From the NCBI GenBank assembly GCA_017427405.1, contig JAFRSV010000011.1, positions 8,703-72,702 of the forward strand: DNA of 64,000 bases, read 5' to 3'. The notes beneath the pieces are model-generated. The model ran no database searches. It was not told the origin of the DNA and worked only from the letters and a program-made list of their open reading frames with translations. Below are positions 52,905 through 62,669 of this stretch, piece after piece; position 1 is the stretch's first letter, and every line of letters starts with the position of its first letter. The DNA is from Alphaproteobacteria bacterium (GTDB lineage: Bacteria > Pseudomonadota > Alphaproteobacteria > Rs-D84). The translations under genes and the position numbers were made by a program.

Positions 52905-54708
52905 ATCCAACCAACTTTCGCCATAAACTCGTTTTCTTTTTACCTTTTTGATTTTGGCGTTTGCGTGTGCGATGTGGCGCATTCATGGTTGTGCGTTTCG
53001 CCTCTACATGTTGCGCGTTTTTCTTTTTCGCATCCGTTGACGGTGCGTTCGCCATAAGGATTTCATCGGTTTTTACCTGTTCCGGGGCAACGCGTTGAAT
53101 CGAATATTGGTCAATGTTCATCAAACTGTCATCGCCAACAACCACGATTTCCGTTCCAAATTCATTTTCCATCGCGTTCAATTCCGCGCGTTTGTGATTA
53201 AGGATATAAATCGCGACATCGGTCGGCACGGTCATGATGATTTTCTGCGCCGCCTTGGCCAACAATTTTTCTTGCAAATGGCGGAACAAAATAATCGACG
53301 CGGTTTGAATACTTGGCACAACGCCGGCACCCATACAGTGCGGACACGCAATATACGAAGATTCGATAAAACTGCTGCGCAATCTTTGGCGCGACAACAT
53401 CAAAACCCCAAACGCGTTTATTTTTGCAACCTGGGTCCGGGCGCGGTCATGTTTCATCACTTCGCGCATTTTCATTTCCAATTTGCGATTGTTGCGTTCT
53501 TCTTCCATATCAATAAAGTCAATCGCGACAATCCCCGCCAAATCGCGCAGGCGTAATTGAAGGGCGATTTCCTCTGCCGCTTCTAAATTAGTATTCAGTG
53601 CGGTTTGTTCAATATCTTTTTCCTTTATCGCGCGCGAAGAATTGACGTCAATTGTCACCATCGCTTCGGTTTGATTTATAACAATCGAACCGCCGGACGG
53701 CAATTGCACATACGGGCCATGCAACCCTTCCAATTGTTTTTCAACGCCGGCCTTGACCATGAGTGGCACCGCATCATCCTTGTAAAGGACCAATTGTTTC
53801 CGTGGCGCGTGGCCATACATTTGTTGAAAATAATTTTTCGCGGCTTCGAACGCTTCTTCGCCTTGGATGGTTAAAACATCGTCCTTGTCCGAAAGAAAAT
53901 CGCGAACAACACGGCGCAAAAGTGAATCTTCGGTATGAATTATCACCGGCGCAACAGATTCCAATGTGGTCTTGCGAATTTCGTTCCAAAGGTTCACCAG
54001 GTAATCATAGTCCGCCGAAATTTCCGCCGCCGTTGCACCCATCGCCGCCGTGCGCAAAACAACCGTCATGCCCTTTGGAATTTTAAGTGTGTGCAAAATT
54101 TCACGCAAACGTGCGCGTTCCGGCCGGTCCGAAATCTTTTTTGAAATACCATAACTGTTGCGTTTACGCGAATTCGGCATCAAAACCGCAAAGCGACCCG
54201 CCAATGACAAATATGTTGTCATCGACGCGCCTTTTTGTCCGCGTTCTTCCTTAACACCTTGGACCAGCAGGATTTGTTTCGGTTTAATCACATCTTGGAT
54301 TTTGAATTCGCGTGCGCGTTTTTCAAATTCCTTGTTATCTTCGCCCGCACTGTGGTCGTCATAGTCGGCGACTTCGTCCCCTTCGTCATCGGGGTCTTCG
54401 TCATCGTCAACGATGTTCGCATGCGCAAGTTCGATAAGTTTCTTTTTCTGTTCCGGCGTTATTTGGTAATAGTCCGGATGAATTTCTGAAAACGGCAAAA
54501 AACCATTTTTCCCCGTTCCGTAATCAACAAATGCGGCCTGAAGCGACGGTTCAACCCGAATAACCTTGGCCAGATAAATGTTCCCTTTTATCTGGGGCTT
54601 AGTCGTGGTTTCAACGTCAAAATCAGAAACGCGATTATTGGTGGAATCAACAACGACAACGCGTGTTTCTTCCGGGTGGACCGCGTCCACATATATCCTT
54701 TTTGACAT
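52903..54708 (-). CDS. rne: Ribonuclease E/G family endoribonuclease (short RNase E-like with acidic insertion)
   Basis: S1 domain GNIYLAKVIRVEPSLQAAFVDYG, acidic insert DDDEDPDDEGDEVADYDD, catalytic core ...TIDVNS...IVAIDFIDM, Zn-link CPHCMGAG, and a basic C-terminal tail. Confidence 0.85.
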   Translation of the reverse strand: MSKRIYVDAVHPEETRVVVVDSTNNRVSDFDVETTTKPQIKGNIYLAKVIRVEPSLQAAFVDYGTGKNGFLPFSEIHPDYYQITPEQKKKLIELAHANIVDDDEDPDDEGDEVADYDDHSAGEDNKEFEKRAREFKIQDVIKPKQILLVQGVKEERGQKGASMTTYLSLAGRFAVLMPNSRKRNSYGISKKISDRPERARLREILHTLKIPKGMTVVLRTAAMGATAAEISADYDYLVNLWNEIRKTTLESVAPVIIHTEDSLLRRVVRDFLSDKDDVLTIQGEEAFEAAKNYFQQMYGHAPRKQLVLYKDDAVPLMVKAGVEKQLEGLHGPYVQLPSGGSIVINQTEAMVTIDVNSSRAIKEKDIEQTALNTNLEAAEEIALQLRLRDLAGIVAIDFIDMEEERNNRKLEMKMREVMKHDRARTQVAKINAFGVLMLSRQRLRSSFIESSYIACPHCMGAGVVPSIQTASIILFRHLQEKLLAKAAQKIIMTVPTDVAIYILNHKRAELNAMENEFGTEIVVVGDDSLMNIDQYSIQRVAPEQVKTDEILMANAPSTDAKKKNAQHVEAKRTTMNAPHRTRKRQNQKGKKKTSLWRKLVG

Positions 54709-54909
54709 TCGATAATCCTTTTATGTTTATTGCGTATAAATGGCCATTAATCCGTCCCCGTGGGGCGTCCAAGCCCATGCCAAGGGAATACGCCACGATA
54801 AGACCCAGCGCCAATCGAATCAAAGGAAATAAAAACAACATGTTTTACAACCCCATATTATACGTTGGGTAAGAGTTTACCACGCCCCCAATCATTTGGC
54901 AAGGATATT

Positions 54910-55938
54910 TTATTCGTTTGTGTTTTTATTCTTTGAAAATCCCGGGAAATGGGGAATTCGTTGCTTGGCTTCTTCAATCCAACGCTTCATACGCGCGCGC
55001 AACCAACGTTCGTAAATAAAAAATAAACCACCAACACCGATAAGCGGCAAAACATAATAAATTATACGATAGGCCAGCAACGCGCCAAAGATACTTGCCT
55101 TGTCAATATCGTCGGGCAGGGCGATCAGGAAAACACTTTCAAACACGCCGATTCCGCCGGGAACCTGACTAAAAACACCGGTCGTTTGTGCCACAACAAA
55201 AAGTCCGATAAATGTTCCAAACGGAATTTGCACAAACGGCGTCATACAAAAATAGAGAACCAGCCCCGCCAAAACACTGTCTGTCATACCAAGCAGTGTT
55301 TGCAAAAACGCCATTTTTGTTGACGGCACATCGAATTTAAGTTGCCCGATTTTTACACTTTTGTTGCGGAAAAACACCGTAATCGCGAAATAGGCAAGCA
55401 ATGCCGCCAAGCAGAATATAAATAGTGTATTAAGACCAACCGATGCACCGACCGATTCTGCAAAAACATCACGCGGTATAAGGAAATAACCCACAACCGC
55501 AATCGCCGTTGCACCCAAAAAATATGTGAACCCATTGATTGTTACAATCTTTACAATATCGCCGCCGCGAATACGCCACCGCGTATAAAGCCGATAACGA
55601 ATTGCGCCACCAGACACCACCGCGTGACCGGCATTATTGCTTATTGCGAACCCAAGCATCCCGGCCAACATCCATTTCCACCAAGAAACCTTGCCCCCAG
55701 CGCCAACATAATGCAGTGCCAAATAATCATACAATGCCAACGCGACATACCCTGCAAAGCACGCAACCGACGCTGCAACCAAATTCACGAACGGAATATC
55801 CAGCAGCGCCCGCGCAATATCGCCCAGTGAATAGTTACGCAATTGCCACCAAAGCATCCCGGCCGCAACACAGAAAAACACCAATCCCGAATATCCAATC
55901 AGTTTTTTGAAAAATTTCTTTGTCTTTTGTGACATCAT
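54910..55938 (-). CDS. Lysylphosphatidylglycerol-synthase-TM-region/UPF0104 flippase-like membrane protein
   Basis: 342 aa with about 8 TM helices. The N-terminal pattern (basic start, ...LDIPFVNL...A.Y..L..YD.LAL...) resembles the MprF TM-domain family. Confidence 0.6.
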   Translation of the reverse strand: MMSQKTKKFFKKLIGYSGLVFFCVAAGMLWWQLRNYSLGDIARALLDIPFVNLVAASVACFAGYVALALYDYLALHYVGAGGKVSWWKWMLAGMLGFAISNNAGHAVVSGGAIRYRLYTRWRIRGGDIVKIVTINGFTYFLGATAIAVVGYFLIPRDVFAESVGASVGLNTLFIFCLAALLAYFAITVFFRNKSVKIGQLKFDVPSTKMAFLQTLLGMTDSVLAGLVLYFCMTPFVQIPFGTFIGLFVVAQTTGVFSQVPGGIGVFESVFLIALPDDIDKASIFGALLAYRIIYYVLPLIGVGGLFFIYERWLRARMKRWIEEAKQRIPHFPGFSKNKNTNE

Positions 55939-55993
55939 AAACCTTCCACGAGTTCACAGAATAACACCCAAGGAAACAAAAAGCAAACATTTT

Positions 55994-56179
55994 TAGTGAA
56001 GAGTGTTAGTGATTAGTGGTTAGTGCGGACGCGATGCGCCGATTATACCGCCCAGTACCAGGTTCCGCGACAAAAACGACAAGATACCGCCTTTCGGCGG
56101 TATGACATGATTATTCCAGATACCACTAACACTAACCACTAACACTAACCACTAACACTAACCACTAACACTAACCACT
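55994..56179. repeat. Palindromic mosaic element, copy F, with a 13-nt tandem array in the right arm
   Basis: Left arm TAGTGAAGAGTGTTAGTGATTAGTGGTTAGTG. A different core with the hairpin ATACCGCC-TTTC-GGCGGTAT. The right arm is CCACTAACACTAA repeated about 4.4 times (56123-56179). Confidence 0.8.
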
Positions 56180-56233
56180 TGCACCATCCATCCCTTGCAC
56201 CGCGGAATTTTTTTTGATATAATACCCACCGAA

Positions 56234-57385
56234 ATGAAGGTATCCAGACGTCATATTTTGCAAATTACCGGAATCGGTATAGTCGTCGCGGGCGCGTTTC
56301 CGCGTGTGGCATTTGCGTCGCGTAATTCTATTAAATCTATGCGCACGGGGGCGCAACCGGGAAACAAGACGCGCTTTGTCGTTGAAACGGCAAACCGCCC
56401 ATCATATACATTGGTCTATGGTGAAAATACATTGACGGTGAAACTATCAAACACACCGGCAAATGATTCCATTAGTCCAAAATTGGCATCGGGAACATTG
56501 GTTCGTAACGTGTCCCAGACCCAAATTGGCGATTCTGTAAACATTGTCCTGAATTTGAAAAAGCCAGTTGCCGAAATTCCAAAGAACCAGATTATGGTTT
56601 TGGAACCGAACGGCGACAACGACTATCGACTTGTGCTGGACTTTGTTGCCGGCACGACCAAGGCAAATGTGGCGACGGCGACCACAACAACCACGGCCCC
56701 GACCGAAAAAAAACACATAATCGTCATTGATGCCGGCCACGGTGGCAAAGACCCGGGTTGCATCGGGCGTGGCGGAACCAAGGAAAAAATGGTTGTGTTA
56801 TCGATTGCACAAAAGTTGCGCACCGCACTTAAAAACGCCGGTTTCACGGTATATATGACACGCAGTGATGATAATTATTTGAAATTGAATGAACGTGCGG
56901 AAATTGCGGAAAAACGCCACGCGGACTTGTTCCTTTCGATTCACGCAAATGCGAACCCAAGTCGTTCGGTCAAGGGATTTTCAATTTATACCCTTTCGGA
57001 AAAGGCATCGGACGAAGAAGCACAAAAACTTGCGGATGCCGAAAACGCGGCTGATAAAATTGATGTGACCGGGTTCGAAAGTTTTTCCAAGGATATTCGC
57101 ATCGCGCTTTCATCTTTGCAACAACATGCGGTTGCGGAAATGAGTGAAGAATACGCAAACGGGTGTGCGCGCGCATTTAATCGTGCGGGCATAGAGCAAC
57201 AGGCCGGCCCCGCCGTTCGCCATGCGCCACTTGCGGTGTTGCGTTCAACCGTGCCGGGCGCACTGATTGAATGTGGGCATTTGTCGAACAAGGCCGAAGA
57301 AAAATTGCTAAAAAGTTCCGCACACCAAGATAAACTGGTTGCCGCAATCGTCAAATCCATTAAAAATTACGATTTTGAAGTATAA
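56234..57385 (+). CDS. amiC: N-acetylmuramoyl-L-alanine amidase (AmiC-like, Tat signal, AMIN domain)
   Basis: Twin-arginine signal SRRHILQITGIGIVVAGA. Amidase_3 motifs IVIDAGHGGKDPG and LSIHANA. Confidence 0.8.
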   Translation: MKVSRRHILQITGIGIVVAGAFPRVAFASRNSIKSMRTGAQPGNKTRFVVETANRPSYTLVYGENTLTVKLSNTPANDSISPKLASGTLVRNVSQTQIGDSVNIVLNLKKPVAEIPKNQIMVLEPNGDNDYRLVLDFVAGTTKANVATATTTTTAPTEKKHIIVIDAGHGGKDPGCIGRGGTKEKMVVLSIAQKLRTALKNAGFTVYMTRSDDNYLKLNERAEIAEKRHADLFLSIHANANPSRSVKGFSIYTLSEKASDEEAQKLADAENAADKIDVTGFESFSKDIRIALSSLQQHAVAEMSEEYANGCARAFNRAGIEQQAGPAVRHAPLAVLRSTVPGALIECGHLSNKAEEKLLKSSAHQDKLVAAIVKSIKNYDFEV

Positions 57386-57428
57386 AGCCCTTGCAAAACG
57401 TATAAACCAATGTAATAATACCAGCACC

Positions 57429-57519
57429 GGAGATATGGCAGAGCTGGTTGAATGCGCACGACTCGAAATCGTGTATACAGGAAACTGTATCGAGGGTTCG
57501 AATCCCCCTATCTCCGCCA
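57429..57519 (+). tRNA. tRNA-Ser (anticodon CGA)
   Basis: Hand fold: anticodon arm CACGA-CTCGAAA-TCGTG, long variable arm, T-arm GAGGG-TTCGAAT-CCCCC(T), CCA encoded. Confidence 0.9.
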
Positions 57520-57637
57520 AAATAAAATCTTAACAAATTCGCTTTACGCGAATTTTTTGATTTTAATATAATTTTCCCCATTGAAAAACATGGCGCGTTT
57601 CCTATATAATATAATGTCAGAGCCAAGAGGTGTCACC

Positions 57638-58363
57638 ATGATGAATCAAAATTCTAAACCACAAATCACTGAAATCATAAACGCAATGCAATCGCCCACC
57701 AAATGGAACACATATAAAATGACCCAGGCCCGTAGAATCGCCGGCAAAATAGAAAAAACAAAATCAGAACAATTTGCGGAATACGTTGATGGTGTTTTTA
57801 TGTCGGTTTGCGAAGAATTAAATGTCTTTGATATGGCACGCGATTGGGCGAAAAAATCGGCCCCCGAAAAATTGGCTGTGGCGGGCAACATTATCAAACG
57901 TTTTGTTGAACGCGTACAATCGGACACCCAAACAGGTCGTGCGAAAAAGTATAACGATAAAGTGGTGGAATCCGTTCCAAAAATTTCCGTGTCGCACGTG
58001 ACCGACGGTCAAATGTCGGTATCACAGCGGGGCATGGTCAATGTGAACCCAAATTTTCGGTATTATGATAATTTGATAAATTTTCTTATGGACCTGCGTC
58101 ACGAAAGCACCCATATCGTTGACATGTTTTTCCCGTCAATTAGTCCACTTGATACGAATATTCGTGACCTTTCGATGGCGTTTTATATAAATCCACGCGA
58201 AGATATGAATTTATACAAACAAAATCCATTGGAATTAAACGCGAATATGCGCCGTCGCGAATTTGGTAATAAATTACAGGAAAAAATCACGCTATGCGAA
58301 TATGTGCGGGTGCAAAGGTTGGTTGGCAATGCGGTTGCACGCGGAATTCCACGGGGGCGTTAA
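57638..58363 (+). CDS. Hypothetical protein with HExxH motif (possible zinc metallopeptidase)
   Basis: ATG at 57638 after RBS AAGAGG. LRHESTHIVD contains HESTH. No signal peptide. The stop overlaps the next ATG (TAATG). Confidence 0.4.
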   Translation: MMNQNSKPQITEIINAMQSPTKWNTYKMTQARRIAGKIEKTKSEQFAEYVDGVFMSVCEELNVFDMARDWAKKSAPEKLAVAGNIIKRFVERVQSDTQTGRAKKYNDKVVESVPKISVSHVTDGQMSVSQRGMVNVNPNFRYYDNLINFLMDLRHESTHIVDMFFPSISPLDTNIRDLSMAFYINPREDMNLYKQNPLELNANMRRREFGNKLQEKITLCEYVRVQRLVGNAVARGIPRGR

Positions 58364-58713
58364 TGTCGGAAAAAAGTTTCAATGAAAGTGTTTATGAAAT
58401 TGTGGCGAAAATTCCCGCCGGTCGCGTGGCAACATTTGGTCAAATTGCGCGTATGATTGGCCGACCGAAAATGGCGCGCTTTGTGGGGTATGCATCAAAT
58501 AATAAAAAAAGTTGGAACTTGCCGTGGCATCGCGTTGTGTTCAAAGATGGCAGTATTTGTAGCCAACAATTTTTTGACCAATCATACAAGGCGTTAAAGG
58601 CCGAAGGTGTAAAATTTACCCGTGACAAACGCGTAAAAATGCCGGATTTTCAATGGCAACCGGAATCTGAATCCATGCCCGCCGATATTCGCGATTGGCC
58701 ATTAAAGTTTTAA
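58363..58713 (+). CDS. Alkyltransferase-like protein (MGMT DNA-binding fold, active-site Cys replaced by Trp)
   Basis: VYEIV..IP.GRVATFGQIA and LPWHRVV (PCHR replaced by PWHR), as in the ATL proteins YbaZ/Atl1. Confidence 0.7.
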   Translation: MSEKSFNESVYEIVAKIPAGRVATFGQIARMIGRPKMARFVGYASNNKKSWNLPWHRVVFKDGSICSQQFFDQSYKALKAEGVKFTRDKRVKMPDFQWQPESESMPADIRDWPLKF

Positions 58714-58737
58714 AAATGGGCGCAACCGCGCCCAAAA

Positions 58738-59490
58738 TTATTTCTTTTTATGTTTGTTCGTTTTCTTTTCGGTATTGATAAGTTTCCTGTTTGTGATTTT
58801 ATTTAGAATCATTTCCGGACTTATTGATTTAAATTTCAAAAACCAATCGCGTTCGCCGGCATGCCGAATATCAGAAATTTTGCTCGGGGCGGGCACGATA
58901 ACATCTTCTCCGGGAATCCATTCTGCGGGCGTTGCGACATGAAACGCATCCGATGTTTGCAACGCGATAACAACGCGCTTTATTTCCGTGATATTGCGCC
59001 CGACCGATTTCGGATAATAAAGAATAGTTCTAATAATCCCGCGCGGATCAATTATAAAGACGGCACGCACGGTATCTGTATTACCTACGGCATCATGAAT
59101 CATACCATATTTGCGCGCAACATCGCCGGACGCGTCCGCCACGACCGGAAAGGTTATTTCCATATTTTTCCAACCCTGATAGTTTATATCGTTGCGAATC
59201 GTTTGAATCCACGCCATATGCGACGCATTTGAATCAACCGAAAGTCCAACCAATTCTGTGTTTAATGCGCGAAATTCATCCGCCATCGATTGAAACGTCA
59301 TAAACTCAGTCGTGCAAACCGGCGTAAAATCGCCCGGGTGCGAAAAGAACACAACCCAATGCCCGCGATAATCATGCGGAAAGTGAATATATCCGTTTGT
59401 CGTATTTGCACCAAATTCCGGCGCCGGTTCCCCAATAAGCGGTATATTGCTTTCGTAATCACAGTTAAATTCATTCAAAAAATCTTTCAT
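58738..59490 (-). CDS. Peroxiredoxin (1-Cys/Prx6-like)
   Basis: GEPAPEF...WVVFFSHPGDFTPVCTTE peroxidatic-Cys motif. Confidence 0.85.
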   Translation of the reverse strand: MKDFLNEFNCDYESNIPLIGEPAPEFGANTTNGYIHFPHDYRGHWVVFFSHPGDFTPVCTTEFMTFQSMADEFRALNTELVGLSVDSNASHMAWIQTIRNDINYQGWKNMEITFPVVADASGDVARKYGMIHDAVGNTDTVRAVFIIDPRGIIRTILYYPKSVGRNITEIKRVVIALQTSDAFHVATPAEWIPGEDVIVPAPSKISDIRHAGERDWFLKFKSISPEMILNKITNRKLINTEKKTNKHKKK

Positions 59491-59635
59491 AATTTTCCCC
59501 CTTTGGTTGATTGCATGGTATCAAATATGCGCGTCGTTTTCCCCAAGATAGAATTCTTATACAAAGGACATTACTACTAACACTTGAATTATTTTTTTAT
59601 TGGTGGTATTATCTTGAAACCAAAAGGAAAAAGAA

Positions 59636-59914
59636 ATGAAAAGGTCTGATATTATACGCACTATTCGGGTTCAATTTAGGCGCATGCGCACCGTTGATGC
59701 GGCGGCGGTGTTGGATACGGTGGTGGACGCGATGATTGATGCGGTGGCGCGTGGTGACCGTATTGAAATCCGTGGCTTTGGCACGATTCGTCCGCGCCCG
59801 CGTGCCACAAAAATCGGATATAACCCCGTGACCGGGCAACCGATGCATTTGCCCGCAAACACGACGATTTTGTTTCGCCCAAGTCGCGAACTAACCAAAA
59901 AAATGAATGGATAA
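59636..59914 (+). CDS. ihfB: Integration host factor beta subunit / HU-family DNA-binding protein
   Basis: 92 aa with the pattern RIEIRGFG......R..R.G.NP.TG....L.....F.PS..L. Confidence 0.8.
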   Translation: MKRSDIIRTIRVQFRRMRTVDAAAVLDTVVDAMIDAVARGDRIEIRGFGTIRPRPRATKIGYNPVTGQPMHLPANTTILFRPSRELTKKMNG

Positions 59915-59917
59915 ATT

Positions 59918-61660
59918 ATGCTCTTTGGGAAAAGTTCCGGAATAAAAAATAAAAACCGTGAAAAATATGACCGCGTTCGCAAACTTATGTGGATAAAGTG
60001 CGAATCTTGCGGGAAATTGGTTTATTACAAGGATTATAAAAATAATCATTATATTTGCCCCCGTTGCGGTCGCGCATTTATTATGAACCCGAAACAGCGG
60101 TTTGATTTACTGTTTGATGACCGCACGTGGGAAAAAATCCCATTGCCAACCATGCCGGATGACCCATTGGGCTTTGTGGACCGGATGCCGTATTCCGAAC
60201 GATTGGCCGAGGCACGAAATGACACCGGTTATAACGATGCGGTCACAACAGCGGACGGAAAAATCGGCGGAATTCCAACGACAATTTGTATCCTTAACGG
60301 CGAATTTATGATGGGTTCAATGGGGCGCGTTGCGGGCGAATGCATTGTCGCATCGGCCCAGCATGCAATTGATACACACCAACCTTTTATTATGGTCGCA
60401 TGCAGTGGTGGCGCCCGGATGCAGGAAAACATTTTGTCACTGATGCAAATGGCGCGCACGACCGTTGCGGTGAACAAATTGCACGCCGCGCGGATTCCAT
60501 ACATTGTATTGTTGACCGACCCGACATACGGCGGCGTGACGGCGTCTTTTGCAATGTTGGGCGATATAAATATCGCGGAATCCGGTGCGCGAATCGGCTT
60601 TGCCGGGCGGCGCGTGATTGAACAAAATATCCGTGAAAAATTGCCGGCGAATTTCCAAACGGCGGATTACCTTTATGAACACGGTATGGTTGATATGGTT
60701 GTTCCGCGTGCGGAATTAAAGGCGCGGCTTGAAAAAATCTTGCGTGTGTTGATGAATGTGCCGGGCGTGCCACACGAAATTTCGGTGCAAACCCCGCCCA
60801 CCACAAACGAAACATCTAAAAAGGCACGCGGCATGGGTGAAACACCCGCGTATGACAAGGTTTTACTTGCGCGGAATGAAAATCGCCCGCATTTCTTGGA
60901 CTATATAAACGGAATTGTTGACGATTGGACATACCTTGCGGGTGATAGATTGTTCGGCGAAGATGCGGCAATGTGTGGCGGGATTGGTCTGTGGAATGGC
61001 ACGCCCGCGGTAATTTTAGGTCAGGAAAAAGGTCGCACCATTGAAACGCGTCAGTTGCATCGTTTTGGCATGCCAAATCCAGAAGGTTATCGCAAGGCCC
61101 AGCGTTTAATGCGGCTTGCCGAACGATTTAATTTACCGGTAATATCGCTTTTTGATACGGCGGGTGCTTTTGCGGGATCGGCCGCCGAAGAACGTGGCCA
61201 GTCGGAGGCCGTCGCCACATCAATCCAAACAGGGCTTTCAATAAAGACACCATACATCGCCGTGAACGTGGGCGAAGGCGGTTCCGGTGGCGCAATCGCA
61301 ATTGGCACCGGCGACCGTGTTTTAATGCTTGAAAACGCGATTTATTCGGTGATTGCGCCGGAATCTTGCGCAAGTATTTTGTGGAAGGATAATAAGTTCC
61401 GTGCGACCGCGGCGGCGGCAATGAAACTGACCGCGGCGGACATGATGGAAATGCGCGTGATTGATAAAATTATCCCCGAACCCGCGGGCGGGGCGCATAC
61501 CGATTGGAAGGTGACAATGCAGAATTTGTCAGATATGATTAGCGAGCAAATAAAACTGTTGCAAAAGACCGCACCGGAAAAATTGCCGGAATTGCGTGCG
61601 GAAAAATTCCTTAAAATGACCCGTAAAATCGACGGCGAAAGCGCAAAACGGGGAAAGTAA
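59918..61660 (+). CDS. accD/accA: Fused acetyl-CoA carboxylase carboxyltransferase beta-alpha (AccD-AccA) polypeptide
   Basis: The N-terminal half matches AccD (Zn ribbon CESCG...CPRCG, SGGARMQE, LTDPT.GGV.ASFA). The C-terminal half matches AccA (FGMPNPEGYRKA.RLM..AERF.LP, GEGGSGGA, PEPAGGAH). Confidence 0.85.
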   Translation: MLFGKSSGIKNKNREKYDRVRKLMWIKCESCGKLVYYKDYKNNHYICPRCGRAFIMNPKQRFDLLFDDRTWEKIPLPTMPDDPLGFVDRMPYSERLAEARNDTGYNDAVTTADGKIGGIPTTICILNGEFMMGSMGRVAGECIVASAQHAIDTHQPFIMVACSGGARMQENILSLMQMARTTVAVNKLHAARIPYIVLLTDPTYGGVTASFAMLGDINIAESGARIGFAGRRVIEQNIREKLPANFQTADYLYEHGMVDMVVPRAELKARLEKILRVLMNVPGVPHEISVQTPPTTNETSKKARGMGETPAYDKVLLARNENRPHFLDYINGIVDDWTYLAGDRLFGEDAAMCGGIGLWNGTPAVILGQEKGRTIETRQLHRFGMPNPEGYRKAQRLMRLAERFNLPVISLFDTAGAFAGSAAEERGQSEAVATSIQTGLSIKTPYIAVNVGEGGSGGAIAIGTGDRVLMLENAIYSVIAPESCASILWKDNKFRATAAAAMKLTAADMMEMRVIDKIIPEPAGGAHTDWKVTMQNLSDMISEQIKLLQKTAPEKLPELRAEKFLKMTRKIDGESAKRGK

Positions 61661-61694
61661 TCATTGGCATTTGGTCTGGTACTGAAATTTTTTA

Positions 61695-61717
61695 AGCCCG
61701 CACTTTTTGTGCGGGCT
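61695..61717. terminator. Bidirectional terminator between accDA and tRNA-Ser
   Basis: AGCCCGCAC-TTTTT-GTGCGGGCT. Confidence 0.6.
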
Positions 61718-61729
61718 AACAAAATTTCG

Positions 61730-61820
61730 TGGCGGAGCGTATAGGACTCGAACCTATGGACCGCTATAACACGGTCACGGATTAGCAATCCGCTGCATTA
61801 CCACTCTGCCAACGCTCCGC
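61730..61820 (-). tRNA. tRNA-Ser (anticodon GCT)
   Basis: The reverse complement folds with anticodon loop TTGCTAA, a long variable arm, T-loop TTCGAGT, and CCA encoded. Confidence 0.9.
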
Positions 61821-61877
61821 AGTGTGCGGATGTGATTATATCAGACCAAAAACAAAAAAATCAAGGTAAATTTGCCG

Positions 61878-62114
61878 TCAAAGAAAATATTTTTCCTGTA
61901 CGCTTTCCGGTACGTGCCGCAGGGCGATTTCAACCTTGTGCCGAATATGTTTGATATAATCCAACGCTTCATCCAGGTTCGTGACCGCCAATTCCACATT
62001 GCCTTTTGGTGCCTCTATCTTGGCAATCGTGACAACATCCTCGATTTCTTGCAGTGTTTCAAGTATGCTCATCTGTTCGGCGGTAAAAGTGCCAAATCCT
62101 TTTGTGTATTTCAT
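61878..62114 (-). CDS. Small hypothetical protein downstream of the lysozyme gene
   Basis: MKYTKGFGTF... start at 62114 after RBS AAGGGGG. 78 aa. No family recognised. Confidence 0.4.
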   Translation of the reverse strand: MKYTKGFGTFTAEQMSILETLQEIEDVVTIAKIEAPKGNVELAVTNLDEALDYIKHIRHKVEIALRHVPESVQEKYFL

Positions 62115-62153
62115 CTGTGCCCCCTTTGCTATCAACATTTTATCCGTTCGTGT

Positions 62154-62669
62154 TCATAAATTCAATGCGTAAATTCCGTTTTCATATATTTTTAGTTCAA
62201 TTTCGCGTCGGCGAATAAGGCCAGAACTCACGCGACCGCTGGTTTTGTTCCATGCCCGCCACGCCGCGCCCAGATTAAAGTATCGCGCACTTTTGAAATT
62301 CGGATTGTTTATATATTTTACAACCGTCGAATTTGCAAAATTCCGCGCGCCAATGTTAAAGCACAGCATTACCAAGGCATCAAATTGATTTTGCCGCAGG
62401 TTCACCGTTATCGCGTCGCATACCGCGCGTTCCGCGTATCCTAAATCCGCGCGCAAAAGTTCCGTTGCCGTATCTTCATCAATTCCGTCACGAAAATCTT
62501 CACCCGGTTTAATTAAATGCCCATATCCAATCGTTGCGCCAGCCGGCAGGGGCGCACCAGTCGTGATCGGTTGCCCGTTTTTATCGTCGTATATAACATG
62601 CCGGCCATTACGCATGACGCGGCCTTCGCATTGTTTCAATATGCGAATACCATTATCACTTAGTTTCAT
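62154..62669 (-). CDS. Phage-type lysozyme (glycoside hydrolase family 24)
   Basis: T4-lysozyme-like catalytic pattern: LKQCEG (Glu), VIYDDKNGQP (Asp), TIGYGH (Thr). QFDALVMLCFNIG. Confidence 0.8.
   Translation of the reverse strand: MKLSDNGIRILKQCEGRVMRNGRHVIYDDKNGQPITTGAPLPAGATIGYGHLIKPGEDFRDGIDEDTATELLRADLGYAERAVCDAITVNLRQNQFDALVMLCFNIGARNFANSTVVKYINNPNFKSARYFNLGAAWRAWNKTSGRVSSGLIRRREIELKIYENGIYALNL

Noticed and set aside
56123-56179. Possible CRISPR array suggested by regularly repeated CACTAAC units (also at 21288-21328 and 27086-27110)
   Set aside because: The period is only 13 nt with no unique spacers, and there are no cas genes. These are tandem micro-repeats forming the arms of the palindromic elements.
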